Assembly: GCA_963806535.1 (NCBI GenBank)
Contig: CAWDYC010000005.1
Location: 320,001-384,000 of the forward strand
DNA from: Candidatus Bathyarchaeota archaeon
GTDB lineage: Archaea > Thermoproteota > Bathyarchaeia > Bathyarchaeales > Bathycorpusculaceae
Length of the DNA stretch: 64,000 nt
Reading direction: 5' to 3'
Below are positions 49,655-60,769 of this stretch, one piece after another. How positions within the stretch are numbered: position 1 is the first letter of the stretch; each line of letters opens with the position of its first letter. The position numbers were made by a program, and so were the translations under genes. The notes under the pieces were generated by a model. It was not told where the DNA came from. It ran no database searches and was given only the letters and a program-made list of their open reading frames with translations.

Positions 49655-51673
49655 ATGAGCAAACATAGTGTTAGCCAAGACACTAAATCCGAAACAATAG
49701 AACCAAATTATCCAATATTGGTCAATTCCTCAACTCTTGGCAAAAAAGGGTCCCTTCGAATTTTACTTGTAGATAATGACGTTTCATTTCTACAGCTTTC
49801 TAAATTAACTTTGGAGAAAGAAAACAATTTTGAAGTTGAAACCGCAACTTCTGTTGTAGAAGCTTTCCAAAAATTAGGAACTAAGAATTATGACGTCATT
49901 GTCTCGGATTATGAACTGCCTAATAGAAATGGCTTAGATTTTTTGAAAGATATCCGGGAACAAAAAAACAATGTATCGTTCGTCATTTTCGCATGCAAAT
50001 GTAGTGAAGAAATAGCCGTTACTGCGTTAAATTTGGGTGCTGATGATTTCTTAAGCAAGCAAGGCTCATCTGAGACTATTTATTGCCAACTAATCTTTGC
50101 ACTAAAAAAAATAGCAGAACGCAAAGAAAAAAGATTGCTTGACACTTCAGATTCAAAATATAGCACGCTTGTAGAGAAATCACTCCAGGGAATAATGATA
50201 GTTCAGGGAGCGCCGATTCGCGTGGCTTTTGCTAATGTTTCTATGGGAAAAATGATAGGCTATGATCCCACAGAGATTCTGGCTCTATCCCCAATCCAAA
50301 TATCTGAACTAGTCTATCAAGAAGACAGGGTCGTTTTTTTCAACCGCTTCAAAAATCGGTTAGCAGGAAAAGAGGCTGAGGATAACTATGAATTTAGAGC
50401 AGTACATAAAAACGGTTCAGTCCTGTGGATGCAAGCATTTTCAACTCTTATTGAGTATGAAGGTAAACCCGCCGTGCAAGCTATGTTCTTAGATGTTAAC
50501 GAGCGGAAAAAAGCCGAGGATGAATTGAAAAGAAGTGAGGGACGCTATAGAGAACTTGCTAATTTCTTGCCTGAAATCATTTTTGAATCTGACTTATCAG
50601 GAAAAATTACCTTCTTTAATCAAAGCGCCTTCGAAATCACGGGTTATGCCCCAGAAGAACTTGGAAAAGGTTTGAACATCCTGCAGTTTATTGTACCCGA
50701 GGAACAAGGAAAAGCGAAAGAAAACATTAAACTATCTTTAGCAGGAGAAAAACATGGTGCTAGTGAGTATACTCTTTTGAGAAAAAACGGCACAACATTT
50801 CCGGGGTATGTTAGAACGGCGCCTGTTATCTCTGAAAACCAGGTGAGAGGTCTCAGAGGGCTGGTTATGGATATTACTGAAATCAAGCAAATGGAAAATA
50901 CATTAGCAGAATATTCGGAACATCTTGAACAAATAATTGAAACAAGAACTAAAGAATTAAAGGAAACTCAACAGCAACTTGTGAAAACAGAAAGGTTAGC
51001 GGCGATAGGCGAATTAGCTGGTATGGTTGGACATGATCTCCGCAACCCATTAGCAAGCATCAAAAATGCGACTTACTACATGAAAAAGAAGGGCGCTGCG
51101 ATCTCTGAAGATCAAGCCAAAGAAATGCTAGAAATTATTGGCAAAGCAATTGATCATTCAGACAAAATCATAAACGATCTATTGGAATATGCAAGAGAAA
51201 TACGTTTAGAGCTCGATGAAACTTCAACCAGAAAATTATTGACTAAAGCCTTGGAAATGTTACAAGTACCACAATCTATTAAGATTCTTGATAATACCTC
51301 AGATGAGCCCAAGATAAGTGTTGATTTAGATAAAATGGTTCGTGTTTTCGTTAACCTCATTAAAAACGCCATAGATGCTATGCCAAATGGCGGCTCTCTG
51401 GAAATCCGAAGCAGTCAATCAGGTCCAAACATCGAAATATCGTTCGCAGATACCGGCGTCGGAATCACAGACGAAGTACTTCCGAAGATTTTTTCTCCTC
51501 TTTTCACCACAAAGGCGCAGGGGATGGGATTTGGGTTAGCCATTTGTAGACGAGTTGTCTCAGCTCATGGCGGCAAAATGTCTGTAGAGACTGCTGTAGG
51601 CAAAGGAACGACATTTACAGTTGTTTTGCCAATAGAGCCGAAGTTCGAGCAGTATAGTACAGTAACAGTTTAA
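49655..51673 (+). CDS. Hybrid REC-PAS-PAS histidine kinase
   Basis: VIVSDYELP (REC), two PAS/PAC, GHDLRNPL H-box, NLIKNAIDA, DTGVG, GMGFGL. Confidence 0.92.
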   Translation: MSKHSVSQDTKSETIEPNYPILVNSSTLGKKGSLRILLVDNDVSFLQLSKLTLEKENNFEVETATSVVEAFQKLGTKNYDVIVSDYELPNRNGLDFLKDIREQKNNVSFVIFACKCSEEIAVTALNLGADDFLSKQGSSETIYCQLIFALKKIAERKEKRLLDTSDSKYSTLVEKSLQGIMIVQGAPIRVAFANVSMGKMIGYDPTEILALSPIQISELVYQEDRVVFFNRFKNRLAGKEAEDNYEFRAVHKNGSVLWMQAFSTLIEYEGKPAVQAMFLDVNERKKAEDELKRSEGRYRELANFLPEIIFESDLSGKITFFNQSAFEITGYAPEELGKGLNILQFIVPEEQGKAKENIKLSLAGEKHGASEYTLLRKNGTTFPGYVRTAPVISENQVRGLRGLVMDITEIKQMENTLAEYSEHLEQIIETRTKELKETQQQLVKTERLAAIGELAGMVGHDLRNPLASIKNATYYMKKKGAAISEDQAKEMLEIIGKAIDHSDKIINDLLEYAREIRLELDETSTRKLLTKALEMLQVPQSIKILDNTSDEPKISVDLDKMVRVFVNLIKNAIDAMPNGGSLEIRSSQSGPNIEISFADTGVGITDEVLPKIFSPLFTTKAQGMGFGLAICRRVVSAHGGKMSVETAVGKGTTFTVVLPIEPKFEQYSTVTV

Positions 51674-51838
51674 TGTAGTAATCTAAAACTGGCTCTGGCG
51701 GTTCTGAAAACTTTGCAAGCGTTGTTTAATCACATCAGCTGTAAATAGCTTAAGTATTAAGCAATCGCTTGCATATGAGCAATTAGTTTTAAATAGATTA
51801 ACAAACAAAAAAGTACTAAGTATTTAGGAGACGAAAAT

Positions 51839-53527
51839 TTGGTTCGATTACAAATTAAAGTTATAACTATGTTTCTCTTAGCAACAATGATTATAGCAGT
51901 AGCCTATCCTGCAATTGCGAAAGCAACACCAACAGAATGGCAAGCAACACCAATGCACCACATACAAAGCGCAAGCGGTAGCACCCTATGCTGTTTCAGG
52001 TTTTGGCCCAAGCACCATAATAAATGCCTATGGCCTACCAACAGGCGGCTCAGGCACCATTGCAATAATTGACGCCTACGACGACCCCTATGTCGCCTCA
52101 GATCTGGCAACATTCAGCGGCAATTTTGGTTTACTAGGGGCGAACTTGGAGGTTCACAAGATGTCAAGTTACATCCAACCTAACGCGGGTTGGGGAATGG
52201 AAATCTCTTTGGACGTTCAATGGGCGCATGCTATTGCTCCAAACGCAAAAATTCTTCTTGTTGAAGCACGATCAGCATCATTAAGCGACCTACTTTCAGC
52301 TATCAGCTATGCAACCAGCAGATCAGATGTAGTTGCAGTTTCAATGAGTTGGGGCGGATCTGAATTCTCAACAGAAACAGCCTATGACAGCTACTTCAGC
52401 AGCAGCCACATAGCATATTTTGCTTCTTCAGGCGATAGCGGAGCAGGCACCAGCTGGCCCTCAGTTTCACCTAATGTTGTTTCGGTTGGTGGAACTACAC
52501 TCACTCTTGCTAATGGAGTAGTGTCCTCCGAAACAGGTTGGGCTGGAAGCGGCGGCGGAGTAAGCACCTATGAAGCTAAACCAGCATATCAGTCAAAGTT
52601 TAACAACAAATTACGGCAATCGCGCAACCCCAGACGTATCATATAATGCAGACCCCAACACCGGATATGCAGTATACGACAGTTACGGATACGGCGGATG
52701 GAACGTAGTCGGCGGCACAAGCGCAGGTGCACCCCAATGGGCAGCAATCCAAGCCCTCGGAATGTCAGCCACAAATACCAACCTTTACAATGACAATGGA
52801 AAAACTGGCTACTTCAGAGACATAACAAGCGGCTCAAACGGCGCATACAGTTGCGACACCAGGATATGACCTAGTTACCGGAATAGGCAGCCCACTAACC
52901 GTTTACTTCGCAGCACCACCAACACCAGACTTCAGCATTTCAGCATCACCAAACACATTCACAATGAGCACCGCAAACCCCACCCCTGTAACTTCAACCA
53001 TAACTGTAAAAGCACTCAACGGATTTACAGACACAGTCAACTTAGCAGCCTCAGCGCCAACTGGATTGAGCGCAACAATAACCCCGACACAAGATCCAAG
53101 CATCTCGACTCTAACCATAGCGCCATCCACAGGTTTCACCTCTGGAACGTACACGGTAACTGTAACTGGAACTAGCGGAAGTGGAACAATCATTCACAGC
53201 ACAACCGTAAGCGTAACAGTTGTTACACCAGACTACACTTTGACAGCCAGCCCAACAAGCCTAAGCCCAAGCCTTAGGCAAGGAGGCACAGCCACCGCGC
53301 AAATAAAAGTCACCGCTGTCAACGGCTACACAGGAGCAGTTACACTTTCGGCATCGGGACCAAACGGCTTAACCTACACCTTCAAGACAAACCCAGTATC
53401 TCAAGGCGGCACATCAACACTTACAGTAAAAGCAACCCAAATTGTTAGCGGAACCATTACCATAACTGGCATAGACGGCAACAAAGTAAGCCATACAACG
53501 AAAATCCAAATAAACGTTAAAAGATAA
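51839..53527 (+). CDS. Secreted S53 (sedolisin-like) peptidase with C-terminal Thr-rich Ig-like domains (several frameshifts)
   Basis: Signal peptide; EISLDVQWAH (ExxxD), SSGDSG, PDVS, GGTSAGAP, GYDLVTGIGSP across frames. Confidence 0.8.
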
Positions 53528-53676
53528 ACCCAAAAACAATCTTTTTCTTTTCTTTTTTATTATAAAAATTTCATATGCCGCCTGACTATCAAAGAAATAT
53601 TCTCTATTTTATCGATTACCATAACATTTTTAGGGATTGCATGCCGCATACTGTTTTTGTTGTGAAGTGAACTTAG

Positions 53677-54609
53677 CTGAAGTTAGAACAAACAAAAAGA
53701 ATTTTAGTTACTGGCGGCGCGGGTTTTATCGGCAGTCACTTCGTTGACAAGGTAGTCTCCGAAGGCTACAGTGTTCGAGTTCTTGATAATTTGTCGGCGG
53801 GCAAACTTGTAAACATTGCCGGGCATTTAAAGACTAAGAAAGTGGATTTCGTAAAAGGCGATATTCGTGACAGTGCCCTTCTCCGCAAATGTTTAGAAGA
53901 TGTTGACATAGTTGTTCATTTTGCAGCCCAGACAAGTGTAACTTTTTCTGTTAACCATCCAGATTTTACATTTGACGTTAATGCCTCGGGAACAAAAAAT
54001 TTGTTAGATGCTTGTGTGGAGAATGGCGTAGGCAAGTTTGTGTTTGCCTCCACATGCGCAGTTTACGGCGACCCAAAATGTTTGCCCGTTAACGAAACTT
54101 GCAAAACCAATCCAATCTCACCTTACGCTGAATCTAAACTTTTGGCAGAACGCCACTGTTTGGAAGCTGATGAAGCGAAGCTTTTGGATTCGGTTGTGCT
54201 TAGGTTCTTTAATGTTTATGGTCCACGGCAGTCTCTGAATGATTATAGTGGTGTTATAACAAAGTTTTTTGAAAGCGCAAAAAGAAAAGAGCCGCTGATT
54301 ATTTACGGTGATGGTTTGCAGACGCGTGATTTCATCAGTGTCCATGACATTGTTGACGCTCTCGTAGCTTGCATAACCAGTGCTAAAGCCGACGGCGAAA
54401 TCTTTAACATTGGCTCTGGAACACCCACAACTATTGCCGATCTTGCTAAAACGATTTTACAATTAACTGGCGTGGGCTCACAAATTTGTTATGAGAAGCC
54501 AAGAGCTGGCGATATAAAAGACAGTTATGCGGACATTTCCAAAGCGCAGAGGTTGTTGAATTATGAGCCGAAAGTTAATCTTAGAGATGGCCTGCGTGGG
54601 TTGCTTTAG
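53677..54609 (+). CDS. NAD-dependent epimerase/dehydratase (GalE-like); start uncertain
   Basis: ILVTGGAGFIG (in frame at 53701), SPYAESK, LRFFNVYGP. Confidence 0.88.
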   Translation: MKLEQTKRILVTGGAGFIGSHFVDKVVSEGYSVRVLDNLSAGKLVNIAGHLKTKKVDFVKGDIRDSALLRKCLEDVDIVVHFAAQTSVTFSVNHPDFTFDVNASGTKNLLDACVENGVGKFVFASTCAVYGDPKCLPVNETCKTNPISPYAESKLLAERHCLEADEAKLLDSVVLRFFNVYGPRQSLNDYSGVITKFFESAKRKEPLIIYGDGLQTRDFISVHDIVDALVACITSAKADGEIFNIGSGTPTTIADLAKTILQLTGVGSQICYEKPRAGDIKDSYADISKAQRLLNYEPKVNLRDGLRGLL

Positions 54610-54793
54610 ACTACTGGGTAAGCTGAGATTTTTAAGCACATTGGTTTTTGATTGCTGGTATGAGTTCTGGCAGGTCTAATGTAATTGTGCTCTATTTGGC
54701 AGCCTTGACGGTTTGTTGTAACTTTATGTGCCAACACATCTTCAAGTAATCAGTGCTTTACAGTACGGTAGAGTACCGTACCGAGAGGTTGAT

Positions 54794-54919
54794 ATGGCTA
54801 AGTGTCCTAAATGTGGCAAAGAAGTTTCGAAACCTGACAAATCATTCAGAAACAGAGTTTTCCAAATTGAAGCCTATACATGCAAAGAATGCGGAAACAT
54901 CTTCAAAGTCAGCGGCTAA
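54794..54919 (+). CDS. 41-aa zinc-ribbon protein (Cren7-like), paralog of 46985
   Basis: GAGGT RBS; MAKCPKCGKEVSKPDKSFRNRVFQIEAYTCKECGNIFKVSG. Confidence 0.72.
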   Translation: MAKCPKCGKEVSKPDKSFRNRVFQIEAYTCKECGNIFKVSG

Positions 54920-55010
54920 TTTTTCTTTGCTGTATGGCGCTTTGTATAGGAATAGAAGAACTGAATTGTGGCATAAATTTTTATCCCGCGAAGAGAAACT
55001 AATAGAAAGT

Positions 55011-55856
55011 TTACTTTCCGTCTGTGCGTTTCCCATTGGGGTCATTTTTTCCATGTGCAGTTTTCCGTTCAGTTATATCTCGGATTATGGCTATGGAATA
55101 CAAGCGATTGTTTTCCTCGAAAACTGACGCGTGCATTTCAACAGTTCTCTCTTGGCCTGAACCATCTTGAAGAGGAAGTTCAATTTTCATCCCAGCCGCT
55201 TTGCCTCTATTTTCAGATGCAAATTTTCTGATACCCTCAAGCACATAATCCTTGGATGCCTTTGGAAATTGCAGGCTGAATCGTTCAAAAAAATCCTGAC
55301 CAACCACATCTTTTGAGCAACTAAACATTTGCAGCGCAGCTTCATTCAGATTTGTTATTTTTCCCTCGTCATCTATCACAACAATGGCGTCGCTCGAAGC
55401 TTCAAAGATTGCTCGCAATCGCGTCTCACTTTGTTTGGCAAGTTTTTGTGCCTTTATGTTGTCTGCAGCCTGCTGAATGCTGAATGCGAGTTCCGTGTAA
55501 ACTGCCTCAGTATCACCAATTTTATGCAAGTATCTAAACGCACCAAGATTCAATGCTTCTACTGCAACTTCTTCTCTTCCTTTTCCAGTGAAAAGTATGA
55601 ACGGTGGACTCTGAGCGTTCTTTTTTAGTTCTGCGAGAAATTGGAGTCCGTTTTTTCCAAGCATTTGATAATCTGAAACGACAACATCATAATGAAACTG
55701 CTCCAGCTTCTTGAGAGCTTCATCCACTGAGGTGGCAATTTCAACCTCAAATTTGCCCTCCATTTCCAAAATTTGCTTTGAAACCTTCAAGAAACAGTCA
55801 TTATCATCCACATGTAAAACTCGCAAAACCCCTTCATTTTTAGTTGACTCAGACAT
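55011..55856 (-). CDS. Response regulator receiver plus PAS domain protein
   Basis: VLHVDDN, VVSDYQM, FTGKG; PAS ending IRDITERK. Confidence 0.85.
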   Translation of the reverse strand: MSESTKNEGVLRVLHVDDNDCFLKVSKQILEMEGKFEVEIATSVDEALKKLEQFHYDVVVSDYQMLGKNGLQFLAELKKNAQSPPFILFTGKGREEVAVEALNLGAFRYLHKIGDTEAVYTELAFSIQQAADNIKAQKLAKQSETRLRAIFEASSDAIVVIDDEGKITNLNEAALQMFSCSKDVVGQDFFERFSLQFPKASKDYVLEGIRKFASENRGKAAGMKIELPLQDGSGQERTVEMHASVFEENNRLYSIAIIRDITERKTAHGKNDPNGKRTDGK

Positions 55857-55936
55857 TTAGAATCTCCCAGAGCGTTTCCCAGTAAGTTGTTGTTTTTTGG
55901 TGCTTTGTTCTTATAATATATAGTTTGTCGCCAAAG

Positions 55937-57367
55937 TTACGGACTGACAGGCTCTGAATTTGAACCAGTGGCAGGAGAACTTGTCATTGCTGAAAGAGGA
56001 GATGCTCTTTTCCAAATATCATTTAGAGTATCCTTTGCTCTCTCGGCATATCCTAAATCGTTTGTGTAAAAAGTGTCTTCAAAATAAGATGAAGCTTCCA
56101 GCTTTTCCTGATCACACGACGGTGTCTTGAACATGAAGAGATGTTTTCCATCGACCAGTGTAGTTCTTAAGCAATTTGTTTCGATATGCCGAATTTCACA
56201 GTACTTTGATAGCTCCCGCGCGGCTTTCAGGTTTTCATTTGTTATGGGGGTCATGATTCTGATGGAGAGCCCATGTTCAGTACGCCCTTTCAGAAGTGGT
56301 ACTTTTTTCCAGAAACCAAAAATGTCATTTGAAGAGCCAATACTCACAATCTCTACTTTGGCCGAATCCATAATCTCAATGTACTTCTTGTAGGCGACTT
56401 CTGCACTCTTAATGACGTAAGTTTCTGGAGTTGGTTTGCCTGTCTTGATCTCCACTATCTTTTTCTGAATATCTGTTGAATTGAACCATAATTCATCGAA
56501 AAAAGCTTTGAAACCATTTACAAGAGCCTTACTGTTGGTCCATATGCCCGTATCTTCTTGGTCTGTGGCAGATATGTTCGCTAAGGATGACATGAAAAAG
56601 ATAAGTTCTTCTTCATCTTTTATGACCAATCGGGGAAAATGCTTTCCAAAAGAACCGATATCTCGCCCTTGAAAATTAAGTGTAGCATATGGCTTCATAC
56701 TAAGGAGACCCGTTATCGTGTCCACATTTTCTTGAGACAATTCGGTGAGAAATCTAAACTGAATCTGAGATTTCAGGGAATGTTTATGGGCGGCGTCAAA
56801 AAAACCAAATTGGTGACCATAAACCAATCCGGGAACGGTCGATACAGTTAACAATTCACTTTTGGTCTCATTTATTATCTGAAAAATTTTTGAGTGAATA
56901 TGATTTCTGCCTTGGATGACCATAAACCTTGCCGACGTATCAATATTTTCTCCCAACTTAGCTGATTGCCACTTGGAAAGAATTTCAGCCTTGTTTTGCT
57001 GCATCTGCTGTGTTTCCTCCATTTTAGTACTGATGAACAAATCGAATACTTTATCAAAAGGAATAGCGAAAAAACGAGCCGGATGCTCAAATGTGGAGCT
57101 TACAATCCCTTTGTTTTGCAGGCTTTTTAAGCTGCGGTAAACCTGTTGCCTGTTCATTTTCAGTGCGTCCAATATGTCTTTTCCTTTTGCGTTCCCTTTT
57201 TTAGCTAGGAAAAAATAAACTTGTGCGTCCATGCTTGTGAACCCGAGGTCAACAAGTGTTTTAACAAACGGTTCCTGATTCAACGTCTCAACCCCTTTGT
57301 TGTTCGACACATGCAATGCAATCTGTGAATTTTTGGGCGTTCTTTGGTATATTTTGAGTCTCTGCAA
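55937..57367 (-). CDS. TrmB-family regulator with duplicated effector-like domains; start uncertain
   Basis: LVDLGFTSMDAQVYFFL...QVYRSLKSLQNKG...PARF; W.NS...FDELW. Confidence 0.82.
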   Translation of the reverse strand: MQRLKIYQRTPKNSQIALHVSNNKGVETLNQEPFVKTLVDLGFTSMDAQVYFFLAKKGNAKGKDILDALKMNRQQVYRSLKSLQNKGIVSSTFEHPARFFAIPFDKVFDLFISTKMEETQQMQQNKAEILSKWQSAKLGENIDTSARFMVIQGRNHIHSKIFQIINETKSELLTVSTVPGLVYGHQFGFFDAAHKHSLKSQIQFRFLTELSQENVDTITGLLSMKPYATLNFQGRDIGSFGKHFPRLVIKDEEELIFFMSSLANISATDQEDTGIWTNSKALVNGFKAFFDELWFNSTDIQKKIVEIKTGKPTPETYVIKSAEVAYKKYIEIMDSAKVEIVSIGSSNDIFGFWKKVPLLKGRTEHGLSIRIMTPITNENLKAARELSKYCEIRHIETNCLRTTLVDGKHLFMFKTPSCDQEKLEASSYFEDTFYTNDLGYAERAKDTLNDIWKRASPLSAMTSSPATGSNSEPVSP

Positions 57368-58199
57368 TAAGAGTTTTGAAGTTGAGCCTCAATTATAGGT
57401 CGAGAAGCCGTTTTAGCCATCGTGCGTGTCGGTTTAGGTTTGATGGCTATTGCTGTCTCTTGTTTTATTTGTATTTGTGTTGTACTGTTCATTTGTTGCA
57501 CTTCTCTACACACCCTGAATTATAAACAGATTGTAGTAAGTCTTAATATATACGTTATTTTAGAATTCGCAGTATTCCCAAAAACGATATATGCATTTTC
57601 TGACGCAAATTGCTCAAGAACATGTAAAGTCTGGAAAACTGAAGAACTGGGACGTCTCTGCCAGAGGCAGCGCGGGACATACGATTTTTGAGGGAAACGA
57701 GATTGAACTATCAAAGGAATTAGGCAAATACAATCCTTACTTGAAATTGAAGCTCACATGGTTTTAAGTGCAGACCAACAAATAGAAATAGTAAAGAAAA
57801 GAACGCAGAATATACCAAAGTAGGTTATCGATTCAAAAAACAACTACAGCATGTCAAATCATTTCTTTAGTTTTTCAATTAAATTTTAGCCCAACCACGA
57901 TGACCTTACGCCAAGTTACCTATATAAAAAAAGTCTGGATTGATTGCATTAACTTACGGTTGCGGGGTTATAAAATAACAGAGAAATTACCCCTCAATAA
58001 AAAAGAAGAGAATGCAACGGGAAGTAAAAAAACAAAAGAAAACTTACCCCCCTTCACACTGAAATTAATATCCGCCCTCAAGAACAGCATCAATATGGCA
58101 GCATAGCTCACTTTTTTCAGGCATCAGTTACATTCAAAGGTTCTGAGGTAGCCTAACTCCTATACGCTAACTTCTTATAGAAATAATCGCAATCTTCAA

Positions 58200-59246
58200 T
58201 TGCCTATCTTATTTGAAATGTTAGGGCGGATGAATGTGGGCGCATTAGGGAAGATTTTCAAGACAAGAAATAGGAAGACTGAAGAACTTGACCGAATAGG
58301 AAATGAAAGTACCTTGCCAAAGGACTTGATTGCTTCTCTTAACGACACTGACCCGCAAGTTCGTGCCAGTGCGATAGAGAAACTAGGCAATATTGGAGAT
58401 AATTCTGCGGTTGACACTTTGGGAAGCATGCTTAAAGATAGTCGTGGACAAAGCGGGCTTATTGTTGAAACGCTTCGTAAGGTCGGTAATAGCAAAGCAG
58501 TAGATACCTTAATTTATGGATTAGAAAACCCTGATTCTTGGGTTCGAAACAAAGTTGCAGAAGCATTATACAAAATTAATGACCCTCGGGCGAAGGCTCC
58601 TCTGGAAAGATATGCGCATAACAACGAAATGGCTTCTGAAAAAGCAGCACATAAGAAGGAGAAACTGGACGGGTTCCAAAAAGAAACGCTAAAAGCAACT
58701 CATAACATGCAGTTGCAGGCAGAAGAAAAACCCAGCATACCAGTAGATGAATGGCAGAATGGACTTAAAGACATTCTGATTAAAATGAGAACTAAAGAAG
58801 CATCTGGCATTATAGGACACAAAGAAGCTGATAGCTTTAGGGAAAGTGTTGACCGTTTAAGAAATCAATTATTGTTGCACGAAGCTGCGCTGTCTGACCA
58901 GTTTCATCAAGTCAAGTTCTCTAAGCTGAGCCAAATTGACGTTTATGTTTGCGATCAATACTGGCAATATGGAGGGTGCCCACATGGTTATTGTCTGTCC
59001 AATTTGCCCAAGATAAGCGTCTATGAAGCACATTTAGGTGATACACGCTATGCAAGTGCAACGCGGTTTTGCCCTTCGCATTCCTCCAAAACTGGACCTA
59101 TGATAACCACGATTCCAAACAATAATCTGTATGCCAAAAAATTGACAATTGGAGATGTTGCCTGGCTTGAGGATTATGGGAATGCACGACTTGAGCGTAA
59201 TACTGCCAAATACGAAAACAATGAGCCACTTGTTTTTGTTTGGTGA
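58200..59246 (+). CDS. HEAT-repeat protein with unknown C-terminal domain
   Basis: DTDPQVRASAIEKLGNIGD; PDSWVRNKVAEALYKI. Confidence 0.75.
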   Translation: MPILFEMLGRMNVGALGKIFKTRNRKTEELDRIGNESTLPKDLIASLNDTDPQVRASAIEKLGNIGDNSAVDTLGSMLKDSRGQSGLIVETLRKVGNSKAVDTLIYGLENPDSWVRNKVAEALYKINDPRAKAPLERYAHNNEMASEKAAHKKEKLDGFQKETLKATHNMQLQAEEKPSIPVDEWQNGLKDILIKMRTKEASGIIGHKEADSFRESVDRLRNQLLLHEAALSDQFHQVKFSKLSQIDVYVCDQYWQYGGCPHGYCLSNLPKISVYEAHLGDTRYASATRFCPSHSSKTGPMITTIPNNNLYAKKLTIGDVAWLEDYGNARLERNTAKYENNEPLVFVW

Positions 59247-59347
59247 CCTTTGAAGGTTGGTTAGATTAAATTTTAACCCAAAACACGGTATTACATCGTA
59301 TCGTTTCTCTGGATACAAATCGTATACGTATTTGGCAATTTGTAGAC

Positions 59348-59449
59348 TTATATCCTTCTGAAATACCAGTTTTCTTCGGTTTCTTTTTGTTTTTCAGTTA
59401 GATCCAAATCTTTGTTTGAATTAATATCGCTTTTTAGTTTGCTGGTCAT
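59348..59449 (-). CDS. Small hypothetical protein (33 aa)
   Basis: AGGTGA RBS; MTSKLKSDINSNKDLDLTEKQKETEENWYFRRI. Confidence 0.35.
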   Translation of the reverse strand: MTSKLKSDINSNKDLDLTEKQKETEENWYFRRI

Positions 59450-59464
59450 GTTTTTCACCTTGTT

Positions 59465-59599
59465 TTAGAACTTTTGTTTTTGTTGTGAACGTTTTAGTCT
59501 CTCATTGAGTTTTCTTTCTCTTTCTTTCTTTTCAAGTGAACTTAGGGGAGCCAATGCTAAACCGGTGAGTAGGTGTTCAATTTTTGAGAGTGTTTTCAT
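59465..59599 (-). CDS. Small basic hypothetical protein (44 aa)
   Basis: GGTGA RBS; MKTLSKIEHLLTGLALAPLSSLEKKERERKLNERLKRSQQNKKF. Confidence 0.35.
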   Translation of the reverse strand: MKTLSKIEHLLTGLALAPLSSLEKKERERKLNERLKRSQQKQKF

Positions 59600-59716
59600 G
59601 AAAGTCACCATTAATTGTTTATTAAGATTTAAGATTGTTTTAAAATGATATTACGAATCACGACATATATCAAAAACGGGAATATCCTCTTAACTGCCAA
59701 ATGTAGAAACCTCGGA

Positions 59717-59935
59717 TTACTCATTGTTTTTGTGTCTTTGCGATTCCAAAATCAAAGGTTGATTTTCCTGCTGCGAAAGGATTCCAATTTCAAAAGTAGA
59801 ACTTGTGTCTTTGGACACTGGTATGTCGTGGTTTTTCTGTTTTCGATCTCCGATGGACATGAGAACAAAACCGATCATGAAGATTACTGCTGAGATTGGA
59901 AACAGAAGGATTTTTACGAAACGATTTCTGGGCAA
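59717..59935 (-). CDS. Small membrane protein
   Basis: GAGG RBS; single TM ILLFPISAVIFMIGFVLMSIG. Confidence 0.55.
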   Translation of the reverse strand: MPRNRFVKILLFPISAVIFMIGFVLMSIGDRKQKNHDIPVSKDTSSTFEIGILSQQENQPLILESQRHKNNE

Positions 59936-60337
59936 AGGTTTTCCCTCAGTTTTGAATTAGTTGCTCTTGGGTTAGTGTATGTGTGGTTTGACTTTAAAGC
60001 TTTGTGTATTAAGAGTTAATATTTTATATATCCGATATGATTGCACCCTAAAAAAGCATAGGTTTGCGGTAGATGCCACAAATACTGTTTTCTAAATTTT
60101 TCTGTGTTCATATCGTAATAAATTATATATGAAAATACTTGATCCATATTAATGTTCATATTTGATTCATATTATTATGTATTAAATGTTTTATTTGAAA
60201 CTTTTTTCGATAAATGTTTACTATTTTCATTTTGTTCTATATATTATAATTGGTATAATTGAGAAAGGCTTTTATGTTCATGAACACCTATCAGGTTTCT
60301 AATTTAACATACAATAGGTGAGGGGGTTAGGGAACGG

Positions 60338-60769
60338 TTGGTTCGAATTGAAGTTTGCTCTTTAAAAAGAAAACTAAAGAAAATAACCAATCATAAACCT
60401 CGCGCAGAAATCAAAGCCGTTCCCGTAAGCCAAATAATTTTTGAAAAAAAGGCTGCCCTTAGAAAAAGAATTTGGTATAGAGCCTTGAGCCGAGTTGAAA
60501 GAGGCATACTGGATCTCACAGTAAGATACGTTGAATGCATAAGAAGTTCTACGCTGGCCACTGTAGTGACGGCCATAATGGAAAAGCTCAAGCTTGCAAC
60601 GGAAAGCATGGTGGATCGATTGGTGAGAACAGTTGGTTTCTCTTTAGCTCAAAAAATAAGTGCAGTAGCAGTACGTTTGGGTAATCATTTGGCAGCTCGT
60701 TGGGCTGAAGATGCAGGGTTTGCCAGATACTTAGTAGTTACTCAGATGAATAGCGGTCGGATAACTTAG
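60338..60769 (+). CDS. Conserved hypothetical protein
   Basis: KKAALRKRIWYRALSRVERGILDLT; first gene of the operon. Confidence 0.6.
   Translation: MVRIEVCSLKRKLKKITNHKPRAEIKAVPVSQIIFEKKAALRKRIWYRALSRVERGILDLTVRYVECIRSSTLATVVTAIMEKLKLATESMVDRLVRTVGFSLAQKISAVAVRLGNHLAARWAEDAGFARYLVVTQMNSGRIT

Noticed and set aside
60100-60260. Very AT-rich tract with repeated TCATAT as a replication origin
   Set aside because: No ORB-like G-string boxes or cdc6/orc1 nearby; more simply the promoter region of the heptose operon.
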